Shown here in pieces: positions 9,391 through 19,939 of a DNA stretch of 64,000 bases. The stretch is from positions 1 to 64,000 of the IMG/VR virus record IMGVR_UViG_3300033146_001182, one strand, 5' to 3'. Positions within the stretch are counted from its first letter, which is position 1, and each line of letters starts with the position of its first letter. The position numbers and the translations under genes are program-made. Under the pieces are notes generated by a model that was not told where the DNA came from, ran no database searches, and worked only from the letters and a program-made list of their open reading frames with translations. Source of the DNA: a virus.

Positions 9391-10007
9391 TTAATTAACC
9401 TTTCTTTTATTTGATAATCTCCTTTTAGGAATGGTAAGATAATTGTTTTTCTCCACTTTTTCACCATATAAACATAATTATTGATATCTTTTGGATTTCT
9501 TCCCATACCACGATTATATGATAATATTGCCTTTTCCCAATTACCTTTCCTGTATGATAACATAGATATAAAATAATGTGAACCAACCTCAATATTAAAT
9601 TTGTTATCAATTAATAAATCAATAATTAATTCCTCATCTAATGGCATCCTATCACCATATTTCTTTTTGAATATATAAGGGAACTTCTTATTTACCCATT
9701 TAGCTGTTGGAACTTGGACTTGCATTATCCCCAATGATCGTGGTACACCTTTAGAGTTTATATCACCAACCACCACGCCATGTCGTCTCCAATGTGAACC
9801 ATTACACCATGATTCTTGATATGCAATAGAAGCAATTGTTTCCCCCCATGTATCACCATATATCTCAATTTTATTACTAATATCATATACCATTTGAATA
9901 CATTTAACTTGTTCCTCTTCTAAAGTCACTATATTTTTAGCATATGATGTAGTATTTGTTACCAAAAAAAAGACTGCCATTATGACAGTCATAATTATTT
10001 TATACAT
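9387..10007 (-). CDS. lytic transglycosylase (SLT family) with signal peptide; endolysin candidate
   Basis: IAYQES catalytic Glu, GIMQV, SYNRG motifs. Confidence 0.8.
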   Translation of the reverse strand: MYKIIMTVIMAVFFLVTNTTSYAKNIVTLEEEQVKCIQMVYDISNKIEIYGDTWGETIASIAYQESWCNGSHWRRHGVVVGDINSKGVPRSLGIMQVQVPTAKWVNKKFPYIFKKKYGDRMPLDEELIIDLLIDNKFNIEVGSHYFISMLSYRKGNWEKAILSYNRGMGRNPKDINNYVYMVKKWRKTIILPFLKGDYQIKERLIK

Positions 10008-10018
10008 AATTAAGTATC

Positions 10019-10408
10019 CTATTTGTTCTCTAAATCTTTTATTCGGGCTTCTAAATCTTTTATTTTTAATTCTAACATCATTGTATCACCTTCAATAGTT
10101 GGGAATCTTTCTTTATTTTTCTCCCCTTCATCTATCAAACCACCACTAGCATATAATGAATTATTTATTGATATTAAATCATTTTCTAATCTAATTAATA
10201 ATTCATCCATCCGATCAAGTCTATTTGTTATATTTTCTAATTCATAACTTTGATTGGCACCGACATAACTATTAGAATTTACATCATAAGATAAAGTAAC
10301 TCCATCAATTATACCACCACTAATTACAGTTTGTCCACTTATTTCATTTGGGATATTATCTGATATACCTAAACGATATAGTGCGTCCTCACTTAATTCT
10401 TCTTCCAT
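10019..10408 (-). CDS. hypothetical coiled-coil protein
   Basis: ORF in tightly packed operon. Confidence 0.6.
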   Translation of the reverse strand: MEEELSEDALYRLGISDNIPNEISGQTVISGGIIDGVTLSYDVNSNSYVGANQSYELENITNRLDRMDELLIRLENDLISINNSLYASGGLIDEGEKNKERFPTIEGDTMMLELKIKDLEARIKDLENK

Positions 10409-10980
10409 TATTTTACAACCTTATATACTGATTTATTTAATAATTCCATATAATCTTTTCTCCACTCATCAATTTCCGTTTGAAGGTTTTTTACTAATTT
10501 CTCTGATTCACTTTTACCAGAATTATAACCACTTTCATATCCATATTCATAACCTTGATCATATTCAGCGAATGGTCCATCATAGGCATCTTCATTTTGT
10601 TCTTTCATCCCATCTTCAAATCCAGCCTCATAACCTCTAGTATAATCTTGAGTATTTCTAACTACATATTGTTCTTGATCATAATCCCCATCTTCATCAT
10701 CGTCTTCCCAAATATCATCCTCTTCATGCCAATCAACTTCATCACCAATACCAATACGAGATAATGCTGTATCACTTAAAGAAGAAAAGTTATCATCTTC
10801 TACAATTTCATCATCTTCATGTTCAGAGAAAGTTGAGTTTTCAAACATTGTTGGTTCATCTGGATTATTGAGTTCGTTAATGAATCTATCAAGAAACTTA
10901 TCATTTGAAATATATTCTTTAATGTATTCATCATAATTAAATTTCTGATAATAATTCTTGAAATCATCTTCATCATTCAT
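10408..10980 (-). CDS. acidic hypothetical protein with GYxxG repeats
   Basis: GYEAGFEDG, GYEYGYESGYNSG. Confidence 0.6.
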   Translation of the reverse strand: MNDEDDFKNYYQKFNYDEYIKEYISNDKFLDRFINELNNPDEPTMFENSTFSEHEDDEIVEDDNFSSLSDTALSRIGIGDEVDWHEEDDIWEDDDEDGDYDQEQYVVRNTQDYTRGYEAGFEDGMKEQNEDAYDGPFAEYDQGYEYGYESGYNSGKSESEKLVKNLQTEIDEWRKDYMELLNKSVYKVVK

Positions 10981-12041
10981 TATGTATTCCTTCCATATAA
11001 TGTCATCAATAATTCTGTTCGTTTACCTTTGTTAAATTGATTTGGAATATTACTTTCTTTTTCCAATCTTTTTAATATAATTTCTGTTTGTGTATAATAT
11101 GATGTAAACTCTTCCATTGATATTCCACCATATTTAATTTGTTTAAGTATATTGGCACTTTCTAACGGGTATGTAACATATCCTTTTGATAATAATTCTA
11201 ATGCTTCAACCAATGTCCTCAATGAATGAGATAGTGCTTTCCAATCAACATCATTTCTATTTTCTTTTGCTCTTAATCCATATCTTTGTATATTTCGTTC
11301 CATTCTATCAATAAATTCAGATAATGGAATAGTAATTTGATATTTTTTGTTGAGAATATTCAAATACATATTTCCTTTATCATCACTATCAATAAAAATA
11401 TCATCATTATTAAGTGAATAAATCAATTCTTCAAGGTCAAGATCTCCTAATTTTAGATATTCATCTCCTAATGTTAATGTTGAAATGTATTCTAAGATTT
11501 GTTCCAATAATTGTAATCTATTACCTTTTTGACTATATTTGATTACTTGACTTTTTGAAAAACCTGTGTAACTTTTAATGTTTTTAGGGTTAAATAAATA
11601 GTATCCATTTGTCATCACTGGTATTATTTCATTATTAACATATAAAATCATATCAGCGTTTAGACTAGAAAATAAAATTGATAAGGCATTTGAATCACCT
11701 TTTTCTAGTAATCTAAACCATTTCTGGATTGACCATAAGTTAATATCAATATCATCTTTTGAATTTTTATCTTTATCATTAGATGTATATTTTAGGTCAT
11801 CAACTATATTCCCACATAATGCACTTTCTTCTGTTGGTAGAAATATACCTCTTACGTCAATATCAGATGTTTTACCGTCTGTTCCATGTAATTTAGAACC
11901 AGAATAACATAAAAACAATAATTTATGTGGTAATGTTAATGACGAAGCATATGATAAAATACGACTTTTATCCCACATATTATATTGTTCCTTTTCTTCT
12001 GTTATTTCGGGTCTTTTTCCAAAATCAATAGAACTTCCCAT
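10980..12041 (-). CDS. Pol-beta superfamily nucleotidyltransferase (T4 NrdC.11-like)
   Basis: GSKLHGT...SDIDVRGIF; DWKALSHSLR. Confidence 0.8.
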   Translation of the reverse strand: MGSSIDFGKRPEITEEKEQYNMWDKSRILSYASSLTLPHKLLFLCYSGSKLHGTDGKTSDIDVRGIFLPTEESALCGNIVDDLKYTSNDKDKNSKDDIDINLWSIQKWFRLLEKGDSNALSILFSSLNADMILYVNNEIIPVMTNGYYLFNPKNIKSYTGFSKSQVIKYSQKGNRLQLLEQILEYISTLTLGDEYLKLGDLDLEELIYSLNNDDIFIDSDDKGNMYLNILNKKYQITIPLSEFIDRMERNIQRYGLRAKENRNDVDWKALSHSLRTLVEALELLSKGYVTYPLESANILKQIKYGGISMEEFTSYYTQTEIILKRLEKESNIPNQFNKGKRTELLMTLYGRNT

Positions 12042-12313
12042 TGTAAATCCTCATCATCTTCATCAACATCAAAAGAACCCACACTGAGTTCATAAATAAC
12101 ACCTCTAGCACCATCATAAGTAGCAATATGCCCAACTGTATGTGCATATTGTTCATATAAATCAAATGGTTCAATATCATCACCATCTTCACAGAAAGTT
12201 GGGTCCATTAACATAACTTCACCTTCTGCTGTTGCCGTTTCTCTGTAATATACTTGAAATACTTCCAAAGCAGTATCTAAGTTTTCTTCAATATAAATTA
12301 GAAATTCTTCCAT
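12002..12313 (-). CDS. acidic hypothetical protein
   Basis: ORF coupled to neighbours. Confidence 0.55.
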   Translation of the reverse strand: MEEFLIYIEENLDTALEVFQVYYRETATAEGEVMLMDPTFCEDGDDIEPFDLYEQYAHTVGHIATYDGARGVIYELSVGSFDVDEDDEDLQWEVLLILEKDPK

Positions 12314-13017
12314 TATGCCACCTTCAAATCACTCATTTTTTGAGTATATTTTTTATTTGTAAGTATATCAATACATGTAAGATTGTATCCGAAAACACAA
12401 GCACTGTCAAGATTGATACGGTCTTTATATTTTTTATTATATTCATCTAACTTATCGGGCTCCATTGGTGTATGACCATGAACTACAGTCTTACCTCCTG
12501 CAACCTCTCCATCATAAAACAAAAAGTCTTGTCTTATCCATAACATATCTTCTTCTGTTTGATTTTCTAATGGATAATTAGGGTCAACTCCTGCATGAAC
12601 AAAAACATAATCATTTTCTGTATGTATGATATTTAGATTATTAAAAAAATCTTGATGTGATTGAGGAAACATTTCAAATGAGAATGTTTGTTGACGGTTA
12701 GTGATACCTAGATGTTTACGGTATGAATCTAATGTTGAACCACCACCATTCAAGACAAATATTCTTGCCATTTCTCTTTCACCATCACGAAATCCTCTCA
12801 ACATCATATCTTCGTGATTACCTTTCAGGAATACACAATCAAAATTATTTGATAATTCTATAAGGAAATCAACAACTTCAAATACATTTTGACCACGATC
12901 AATATAGTCTCCTAAAAAGATCAATTTGTCATCTTTGGTTAATTTTATTTTATCTATGAGTTTTTTAAGTGTATCGGCACATCCATGAATGTCACCAAAT
13001 ACTAGTAGTCGTTGCAT
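12313..13017 (-). CDS. Ser/Thr protein phosphatase (PPP/lambda-phosphatase family)
   Basis: GDIHG, GDYIDRG, GNHE, HAG, HGHTP. Confidence 0.9.
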   Translation of the reverse strand: MQRLLVFGDIHGCADTLKKLIDKIKLTKDDKLIFLGDYIDRGQNVFEVVDFLIELSNNFDCVFLKGNHEDMMLRGFRDGEREMARIFVLNGGGSTLDSYRKHLGITNRQQTFSFEMFPQSHQDFFNNLNIIHTENDYVFVHAGVDPNYPLENQTEEDMLWIRQDFLFYDGEVAGGKTVVHGHTPMEPDKLDEYNKKYKDRINLDSACVFGYNLTCIDILTNKKYTQKMSDLKVA

Positions 13018-13020
13018 ATC

Positions 13021-13071
13021 ATTCTCCTAATTCTATAATTATTTTTTATCATAACATAGAATTAGGAGAAT
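13021..13071 (-). promoter_or_regulatory. 15-bp inverted repeat pairing with the phosphatase SD, overlapping a promoter
   Basis: ATTCTCCTAATTCTA...TAGAATTAGGAGAAT; TTGACT-18-TATGAT overlaps it. Confidence 0.7.
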
Positions 13072-13078
13072 AGTCAAC

Positions 13079-13531
13079 TTATGAAAGGAATTTTTCTGAT
13101 AATTTGGTCTTTTTCTTGACTTTCATTACTTTTTTGGGTTTAGTTGATTCTTTTACGGTTTTATTTTTAGGTTTAACTACTTCAACCTTTGCTTCAACTT
13201 TTGTTTCTTCTTTAATTGGTTCAGACATTAAACTTGTTGCAACAACTTTGGTTGGTTGTTCTATTGTAATTTCATCTTCCCAAGGTACAAATATATTTTC
13301 ACCAACAATGACTTCAAGTTTACCATCAAAATTAATAGAATCAGTTAATGTTAATAATTCTGAAATATCAACAGTAACCTCATTGTCATCTAATTTTCCT
13401 TCAAATACTAAACTTATACCATTTTCTGATATAGGTATAATCAATCTTGGATTAGGTATATCAGAAGAACCAACAACATTAACTTGAAACTTTAATTCAG
13501 TTGATTCATCTGGATTTATTTTAATAGACAT
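13079..13531 (-). CDS. hypothetical protein
   Basis: End of structural cluster; basic C-terminus. Confidence 0.65.
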   Translation of the reverse strand: MSIKINPDESTELKFQVNVVGSSDIPNPRLIIPISENGISLVFEGKLDDNEVTVDISELLTLTDSINFDGKLEVIVGENIFVPWEDEITIEQPTKVVATSLMSEPIKEETKVEAKVEVVKPKNKTVKESTKPKKVMKVKKKTKLSEKFLS

Positions 13532-13715
13532 TATAATTTCCTCATATTTAAGTATTTCGCAGTAACACGAATATTGTTCTTCTTCTTATTTATCTTAATT
13601 GATGCAGTAACAACAATTTGTTTCCTTGGAAGAATACCCCCTCCACCAAATCCACCCCCATTTGGCACATCTATATATTCAATTTTAGGACAACGTTTTA
13701 ACCAATTTGGAAAAA

Positions 13716-14153
13716 TCATGGTACAGGAATCCTAATACGACAATCACCTTGAATTTGGAACTCTTTCAACGGTGTTATGCCATCATCGTCATAAATTGTT
13801 GTATGTGTATCATCGGGTGTAACAACAGCTTTATTTGTTTCAATTTTTCTTAATAATTCCATTGTTTCTCTTGATGTTATTCCACCTTCAAACATTTGAC
13901 CCCAAGCATCATTACTACCCGAACCCATATATCTATCAGCATCAGACAAAGTAGGACCGCCATCACATCTAATCACATAATTTATCTTTGCATCATATCC
14001 AACAAAATCATAACGATACCATCCATCACCAATTTCATCCATACTCTCATCAGTGACCATTAATTGACCATCACTTACTCTTCTTACTCTAATAGTAGGT
14101 GTTAATCCTGTTGCTGGTATATCTCTATCTGTAAAAAATGCTGTTATATACAT
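13716..14153 (-). CDS. putative virion structural protein
   Basis: Beta-rich; lies in tail-fibre cluster. Confidence 0.55.
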   Translation of the reverse strand: MYITAFFTDRDIPATGLTPTIRVRRVSDGQLMVTDESMDEIGDGWYRYDFVGYDAKINYVIRCDGGPTLSDADRYMGSGSNDAWGQMFEGGITSRETMELLRKIETNKAVVTPDDTHTTIYDDDGITPLKEFQIQGDCRIRIPVP

Positions 14154-14161
14154 AATTATCC

Positions 14162-15067
14162 TTAATATGTTAATAAGTATATTAAATAATCTTTAAGTGT
14201 TGTTCCTTCTTGATCTATTACATAACCCATAAATGTATATTCAGTTGTATCTAAATCCATAGCTTGAATATCATCTCTCCATAAGGTTAACCCAACTTCA
14301 AGAAACTTAATTCTGTTATATTCACAATAATCCCAATAAGGCATTAACATATTAACCACCTCATCATGAGTTTTATCAGGATTATATTGTTTCATAACTC
14401 CAATTGTGAATATTTGAATATAACCAATAATATATTCACGAGCTTTAACTCGTTCTTCTACCATCATTGCCATGTCAGTAGGATTACTTTGATCGTATGT
14501 TTTATCTTTTATAAGAATATCCATACTTTTTGAACCATCTGTTTTGATATAATTCAATATTTCTCTTCTTCTAGTGATTATATTATTTTCATCAGCATCA
14601 AATATAAATGTAATTATTGCCATCAATTCATTATTATAAAAATATTCACTTTTTGTTGGTCTACCATCAATACCACGAGTTACCTTTTTTTCAAGATATA
14701 TTTCTGGTTTTAAGTCTCTCTTAAAATCAATATAATTAATTTTAGAATCACTAAAAGGTTTATCAATGTATGGAGCAATACGATATTCGGATGTATCGTC
14801 AATATTTAATACATCTTTAAGATCTTCAAACTTATAAGGTATTAATCCAACACTATCAAAATTGATTACTGGTTCTAATCCATCTTCAATCTGTTGTTTA
14901 GTATCAAAATAATATTTAGATACTTCATTTAACCATGACTTGATTGCCATTGCTTTTGGGTTATTTTTTGATATTTCATAATTTAATAATATTACTTCAT
15001 CAGCAGTAAAACTAATTAATTCTTTGTACGAAACATTTAATATATCTAATAATTGTCTTTTTGTCAT
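14162..15067 (-). CDS. hypothetical protein (possible fibre-associated/chaperone)
   Basis: Long ORF in tail-fibre cluster. Confidence 0.55.
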   Translation of the reverse strand: MTKRQLLDILNVSYKELISFTADEVILLNYEISKNNPKAMAIKSWLNEVSKYYFDTKQQIEDGLEPVINFDSVGLIPYKFEDLKDVLNIDDTSEYRIAPYIDKPFSDSKINYIDFKRDLKPEIYLEKKVTRGIDGRPTKSEYFYNNELMAIITFIFDADENNIITRRREILNYIKTDGSKSMDILIKDKTYDQSNPTDMAMMVEERVKAREYIIGYIQIFTIGVMKQYNPDKTHDEVVNMLMPYWDYCEYNRIKFLEVGLTLWRDDIQAMDLDTTEYTFMGYVIDQEGTTLKDYLIYLLTY

Positions 15068-15068
15068 A

Positions 15069-16154
15069 TTATATACTCACAAACTTAATTTTGTCAATTG
15101 CAATATCGCCGTCATAATAGCCACCATCTTCAAATACAAATCGTAACATTACAGCATCCCAACTGGAAGCATCTATTGTTCCTGTATATAAAAACGGGTC
15201 ACTTTGATTTGATTGTTGTTCACCATCTCTTCGCCATCTTTCTGTCCATATACCATCACTATCTTTTGATTGTAATACTAAAGCTCCTATACCATCACCA
15301 AACATATGATAATAAAATGATACTTCTGTTAATATTCTAAAATAACTTGTACTCATTTGACCATAATTTCCAGTACCATAGTTTGGATTAGATTTTTCAC
15401 CAAATAAATAATATCCATCCACACCAGAATTAGGTCCTGTTCCATTAGAAGGTGTTCCAGCATCACTTGTCATAAAGAAATCATCAACACTATTAATATC
15501 ACCAAATACTTCTAATGTCCAATTACCATCAAATGCTCCTAAACCACTTCCACCATTAAATCCCCATTCGTATGTTCCTTGAGGACCTGTTCCCATAGCA
15601 CTGTCTATAACTTTAATTGTTGGAACATTACCAAAACTTTGTGTACTACCCTTCGTCATAACAATATCAGTTTCTATTTGGTTTGATGAACCTGCTGTAA
15701 TATTAACTACCATTTGATTATCTGTTATAGAATCAAACCCATTTACTGTAATTTGAGGTCCAAAGTTTAATGTAACATCAGGGTCAAAATTACCGCCATT
15801 AATTATTATGGATTTATTTTCATTTTGTCTTAATACAATACTTTCAGATGTTGATATATAAGGTCTTGTAGTTGAAGCATCTTCTTCTACAATTTCTGGT
15901 ATTGTTGTTATATCATTACCATATACATAAGTTAATGAAGATATACCCTTAAATGTCATATATTCATCAAATGATCTTGAATCAACACCAAAATCCAATA
16001 CTCCAACGAATCTAATTGGTGTTAAGTTTTCACATATAAATCCGACTATTACACCATTATCAACAATTTTAGTAGTTACATCACTAAGATATATTAAATT
16101 AGCTGAATTGAGGTTTGTTTCTGTCTGTGCTGATATTGATGATAAAAAATCCAT
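15069..16154 (-). CDS. virion adhesin-like protein with Ig-like domain and C-terminal MAM domain
   Basis: TPSNGTGP..GYYLFGE, FYYHMFG..IGAL, LRFVFE...GDIAIDKI. Confidence 0.65.
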   Translation of the reverse strand: MDFLSSISAQTETNLNSANLIYLSDVTTKIVDNGVIVGFICENLTPIRFVGVLDFGVDSRSFDEYMTFKGISSLTYVYGNDITTIPEIVEEDASTTRPYISTSESIVLRQNENKSIIINGGNFDPDVTLNFGPQITVNGFDSITDNQMVVNITAGSSNQIETDIVMTKGSTQSFGNVPTIKVIDSAMGTGPQGTYEWGFNGGSGLGAFDGNWTLEVFGDINSVDDFFMTSDAGTPSNGTGPNSGVDGYYLFGEKSNPNYGTGNYGQMSTSYFRILTEVSFYYHMFGDGIGALVLQSKDSDGIWTERWRRDGEQQSNQSDPFLYTGTIDASSWDAVMLRFVFEDGGYYDGDIAIDKIKFVSI

Positions 16155-16155
16155 T

Positions 16156-17547
16156 TTAATTCTCCGTATACTTTAACCAAGCTGTTACAACATTTGGACT
16201 TTCACTGTTAGCAGCGGCTGTTGTTCTAAAGTTTATATAATCTCCATTAGATATAGAAACTGGTGTAAAACTATCATTAGTTGCACCTTGACCAGTAGAT
16301 ACTGTAACATCACAGTTAGATCCTTGTAATGTTCCATTATGTACCAATTCAACTGTAGCTGTACCAGCACCAACCCTTAACGACATTGCAACAACTGTAC
16401 ATGAATATCCAGATGGAACATATATAGTAACACCACCATCATTAGGGGTATTTGCACCATTACCATAAGCCCATTCATATGTTCCCGCTGCAATTGTTTG
16501 ATTTTCTTCTGCCCAAACAGGTATCATATAAGTATTTTTTGGTCTGGTATAATTTACTGTAGCACTACCACTTCCGCCATCAGTTGCAGTTAAATCACCT
16601 GTAAAATTAATGGTTGTATGTGGTGTATTAGGTATTGATGTACCTGAATCAGCAACAATTATTGAAGTACCTGAACCATCAGTTCCAGCTTTTGCAACTA
16701 AATCCCATCCAGTATTTGGTGAAGCAGGTGTACCAGGATTAGTTGTTGTTCCTGTTACAGTACATACAAAACAAGAACCATTATATTCAACGGTATCATT
16801 TTCATTATATGCTTGTGAAGACCATGTTCCTTGCCATTCCAAATCACCAGAAGGACCTGTTGCTCCTGGAGCACCATCATCTCCTTTTATACCTTTAGAA
16901 CCTTTTGTATTAAAAATTGTAATATTACATCCTTCTGGTATAGTTTTCATTGATCTATTACCAGAATATCTTACTGTTTGTACTCTAATTTTATCATCTT
17001 TACTGATATCTAATGGTACTGTAATAGAACAGGATTCTTGTGCTGGATCTGAACTATAATTAAATGTTGATATTTTAAGATTAGGTACATCAGAAAAACC
17101 CGAACCAGTATCTAATTGTATAAAAGCATTTGCTCCAGTTCTTCTATTACCATCTCTGTCTATTGATACTGTTATACTAACAATATACTTTCCATCTTCG
17201 TTAAATGTTACTTCACCACTTGATAATGAAAAATAAGGATTGGATAGTCTAACAGTATTGAAATTGATTGTTATTCTTGTGTTAGTAAATGATTGTGAAC
17301 TTGTAGGATAACAAGAGAACATTGCACTTGCACTTTGTTCCCAATCAGAAGATACATCAGGTGCATTTGATAAATCACCTTCTGTTGTTGCTGTTACAGC
17401 AGAAACACATTTATATTCTGTACCTTGCCAAAATACAGTATCACCAACAGAATAGGAATTCATTTCACTGTATATCCCTATTCCATCAACTAGTGATGCA
17501 CCTGTTAAGTTTTGATTTTTTAATTGATTTCTATTGATTTGTGTCAC
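16156..17547 (-). CDS. tail fibre-like protein with CBM-like repeats, C1q/BclA-like domain and short collagen stretch
   Basis: YSVGDTVFWQGTEYKC and YNENDTVEYNGSCFVC repeats; GSKGIKGDDGAPGATGPSG. Confidence 0.7.
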   Translation of the reverse strand: MTQINRNQLKNQNLTGASLVDGIGIYSEMNSYSVGDTVFWQGTEYKCVSAVTATTEGDLSNAPDVSSDWEQSASAMFSCYPTSSQSFTNTRITINFNTVRLSNPYFSLSSGEVTFNEDGKYIVSITVSIDRDGNRRTGANAFIQLDTGSGFSDVPNLKISTFNYSSDPAQESCSITVPLDISKDDKIRVQTVRYSGNRSMKTIPEGCNITIFNTKGSKGIKGDDGAPGATGPSGDLEWQGTWSSQAYNENDTVEYNGSCFVCTVTGTTTNPGTPASPNTGWDLVAKAGTDGSGTSIIVADSGTSIPNTPHTTINFTGDLTATDGGSGSATVNYTRPKNTYMIPVWAEENQTIAAGTYEWAYGNGANTPNDGGVTIYVPSGYSCTVVAMSLRVGAGTATVELVHNGTLQGSNCDVTVSTGQGATNDSFTPVSISNGDYINFRTTAAANSESPNVVTAWLKYTEN

Positions 17548-17563
17548 AATATTATCCTATATG

Positions 17564-17588
17564 AAGGGGCTGAATTAACAGCCCCTTT
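17564..17588. terminator. GC-rich hairpin between tail genes
   Basis: AAGGGGCTG-aattaa-CAGCCCCTT. Confidence 0.55.
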
Positions 17589-17601
17589 ATTGTATTACTA
17601 A

Positions 17602-19119
17602 TTATTCGTCTGTATAATCCATAATAATAACATCACCAGTAGTGATTGTTTGTGCTGCGGTAAATGTAACTTCACCAGTTGTTGTATTTGTAACAGTATA
17701 ATCAGTTGTTAAAATCTGACGAACACCATTCAAATATACAACACCATTAGCAAAACCAGTAGAAGGTGCTGTTGTTAATGTTGCCTTCTGTCCAGCTACA
17801 TCAAGAGTTGCAGGATTATTATATTTTCTTGCTGATGTTTTTGAATTAACATACTCAACAGTAGCAATAGCAAGATTAACAGTACCATCTGGTGTATGAC
17901 CAATACGATAACTATTAACTGTATTTCCAAGATCAAAGTTAGTTGCATTTACAAGGAAATTACGAGAAATATTTGCATTGAAATCTTGATTCGCTCTAAT
18001 ATTGAAATTAGAAATCTCAGTACCAGCAGCATTACCAAAATAAATATTCTCTGCATAGTTTGTTGTATCATTATTACCAACAACCGAAAACTCAAATAAT
18101 TTCATGTCGATTGAAGTGGTTTTTGTTAAATCTCCACCTAACTCAACATAACTTGAGTTCATTGTTAAACCATTTCGTGCTTGTGCTGTACTTGTTGCAA
18201 TGTTAGCTTTTAATTCTACCAATGCGTTGATAATAGCTTCATCAGTAAAATCAGCTCTAAATTGGTCAATAACATCACCAACAGCAGTACCGTTACCATT
18301 ACCATAGTTAGTAGTAGCTTGAACTGCCAATGGAATAGCAGCTGAACTAGTAGCATTTGTTACTTCATTATCTTTGAAAGTAATATCATCTCCACCCAAT
18401 ACAAATTCAGTATTAGTTGATGTGAAAGTTCTACTACCTGTAATTGATGATGCTAATTCAAGACCTGTTGCTGAAACTTCAAGACTTGTTCCATTAGTAT
18501 TACCAATTCTAACTTGCATGTTGTTTGCATTAACAGTTAATGAATTATCTGCTGATACAACATCAAAATCAGTACCATTTTTAACTAAACCAGCACCAGC
18601 AGTAATATTTCCACTTACATAGGTTGCTAATTTTAATGGTGTAACAAAATCAGTATCATTTGTACCAGTATTTGTAATTGCCTGAGTTGCAATCTTTGCC
18701 ACACCCAATGTTGATTCTGTTGCTTGGGTACGGTTTGATTCAGCAACCATCCAATCTGAATCTGTTGTTGCACTTGGATTGTCAACCAAAGCAATAAGTA
18801 AGTCCTCAACATTAACATCACGAGAACCACCACCAATACCATTTTGTGCTGCGGTGATACGGAATGAATCACCTGCTTGGATTGCTACCCCACCATAAGT
18901 TGTTGGATAGTTTCCTGTTGTAGTTGGATCATAAGCCTCTGGTGTTTTAAGACTACCATCTACTAATTGGTCTACATACGATTTTACCGCATCGGCTCTA
19001 ACAAGTTCATCACTTCCAGCTGATACAGTCAAATCTGTTGTATACGCATTTGTTGTACTTAACTGTTCAAAATCTATAGAACCGTCAAGTATCTGTGTAT
19101 TACCTCTAATTTGTGCCAT
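17602..19119 (-). CDS. tail fibre/virion structural protein
   Basis: T/G/N-rich; ATESTLGVAKIATQ...FVTPLKL fibre repeat; VYLNGVRQ...DYTV C-terminal module. Confidence 0.7.
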   Translation of the reverse strand: MAQIRGNTQILDGSIDFEQLSTTNAYTTDLTVSAGSDELVRADAVKSYVDQLVDGSLKTPEAYDPTTTGNYPTTYGGVAIQAGDSFRITAAQNGIGGGSRDVNVEDLLIALVDNPSATTDSDWMVAESNRTQATESTLGVAKIATQAITNTGTNDTDFVTPLKLATYVSGNITAGAGLVKNGTDFDVVSADNSLTVNANNMQVRIGNTNGTSLEVSATGLELASSITGSRTFTSTNTEFVLGGDDITFKDNEVTNATSSAAIPLAVQATTNYGNGNGTAVGDVIDQFRADFTDEAIINALVELKANIATSTAQARNGLTMNSSYVELGGDLTKTTSIDMKLFEFSVVGNNDTTNYAENIYFGNAAGTEISNFNIRANQDFNANISRNFLVNATNFDLGNTVNSYRIGHTPDGTVNLAIATVEYVNSKTSARKYNNPATLDVAGQKATLTTAPSTGFANGVVYLNGVRQILTTDYTVTNTTTGEVTFTAAQTITTGDVIIMDYTDE

Positions 19120-19181
19120 ATTATTTTTTCTCCTATTTTATATTTTATTTAATTAAAATTACATATTATATTACATCTTAA

Positions 19182-19598
19182 TTATTTATACATATAAGTT
19201 ACTTGTATTTTATCTCCAATTGTTAAAAGAGATAATTGTGTATTTGTAAAAACTATTCTATTTGTTGATGCATCTATTGTAAAATCTTCATTTAATCCTT
19301 CAAATAATATCAACCCATTCATATTAACCAAATGTGGTTCATCTTCTTCTATATCTTCTACTAAAGGTAAATAACCATTTGATATTATTGTTGAATCTAT
19401 TATAAATGTCTCTATTTGTTGTGAAAATAAGTTGCCGCCTGATTCAAAATATGCTAAGTTATTCCAATCAGTTACACCATCACCAAACTTAATTTTAATA
19501 GTATCTTTTTCAATACATAATTCGCCTTCAGCAGGGGTAGGATTGTTTGCCGTCCAATTCGCCGCAGTATCTCTTCTTAGTTGTATCTGAACAGCCAT
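19182..19598 (-). CDS. Mtd N-terminal-like fibre protein
   Basis: IQLRRDTAANW...NP..AEGE...KFGDGVTDWNNLAY. Confidence 0.75.
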   Translation of the reverse strand: MAVQIQLRRDTAANWTANNPTPAEGELCIEKDTIKIKFGDGVTDWNNLAYFESGGNLFSQQIETFIIDSTIISNGYLPLVEDIEEDEPHLVNMNGLILFEGLNEDFTIDASTNRIVFTNTQLSLLTIGDKIQVTYMYK

Positions 19599-19939
19599 TA
19601 ACTAGATCCTCCATCTATTGGTGATATTGCCACATTATCATAAATTGTATTGGCACAGCCACCTTCTATATTTATCATATCTCCACCTTCTCTTACCCAT
19701 AATCCACCAGCATCATCAGATACTTTTTTCCATATTGTGAAGGGAGTTGTATTCTTTTGTGTATATCGTGTTCCACTCGGACAATGATATAATAAAAACT
19801 CACCATCTGAATTCAATGGTACAGCAAGATTAGGATCACCATCATATCCTAATTGTGTTCCATCAGGCATTGATGTATCTTTATGGAATAATATTGATCG
19901 TCTTTCTACTTCAAATAATAAATCATCAATCAATGCCAT
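19598..19939 (-). CDS. putative virion protein
   Basis: In fibre cluster; IDGG-type motifs. Confidence 0.55.
   Translation of the reverse strand: MALIDDLLFEVERRSILFHKDTSMPDGTQLGYDGDPNLAVPLNSDGEFLLYHCPSGTRYTQKNTTPFTIWKKVSDDAGGLWVREGGDMINIEGGCANTIYDNVAISPIDGGSS

Noticed and set aside
19182-19598. Diversity-generating retroelement suggested by the Mtd_N-like domain
   Set aside because: No reverse transcriptase or TR/VR repeat pair seen in the window.
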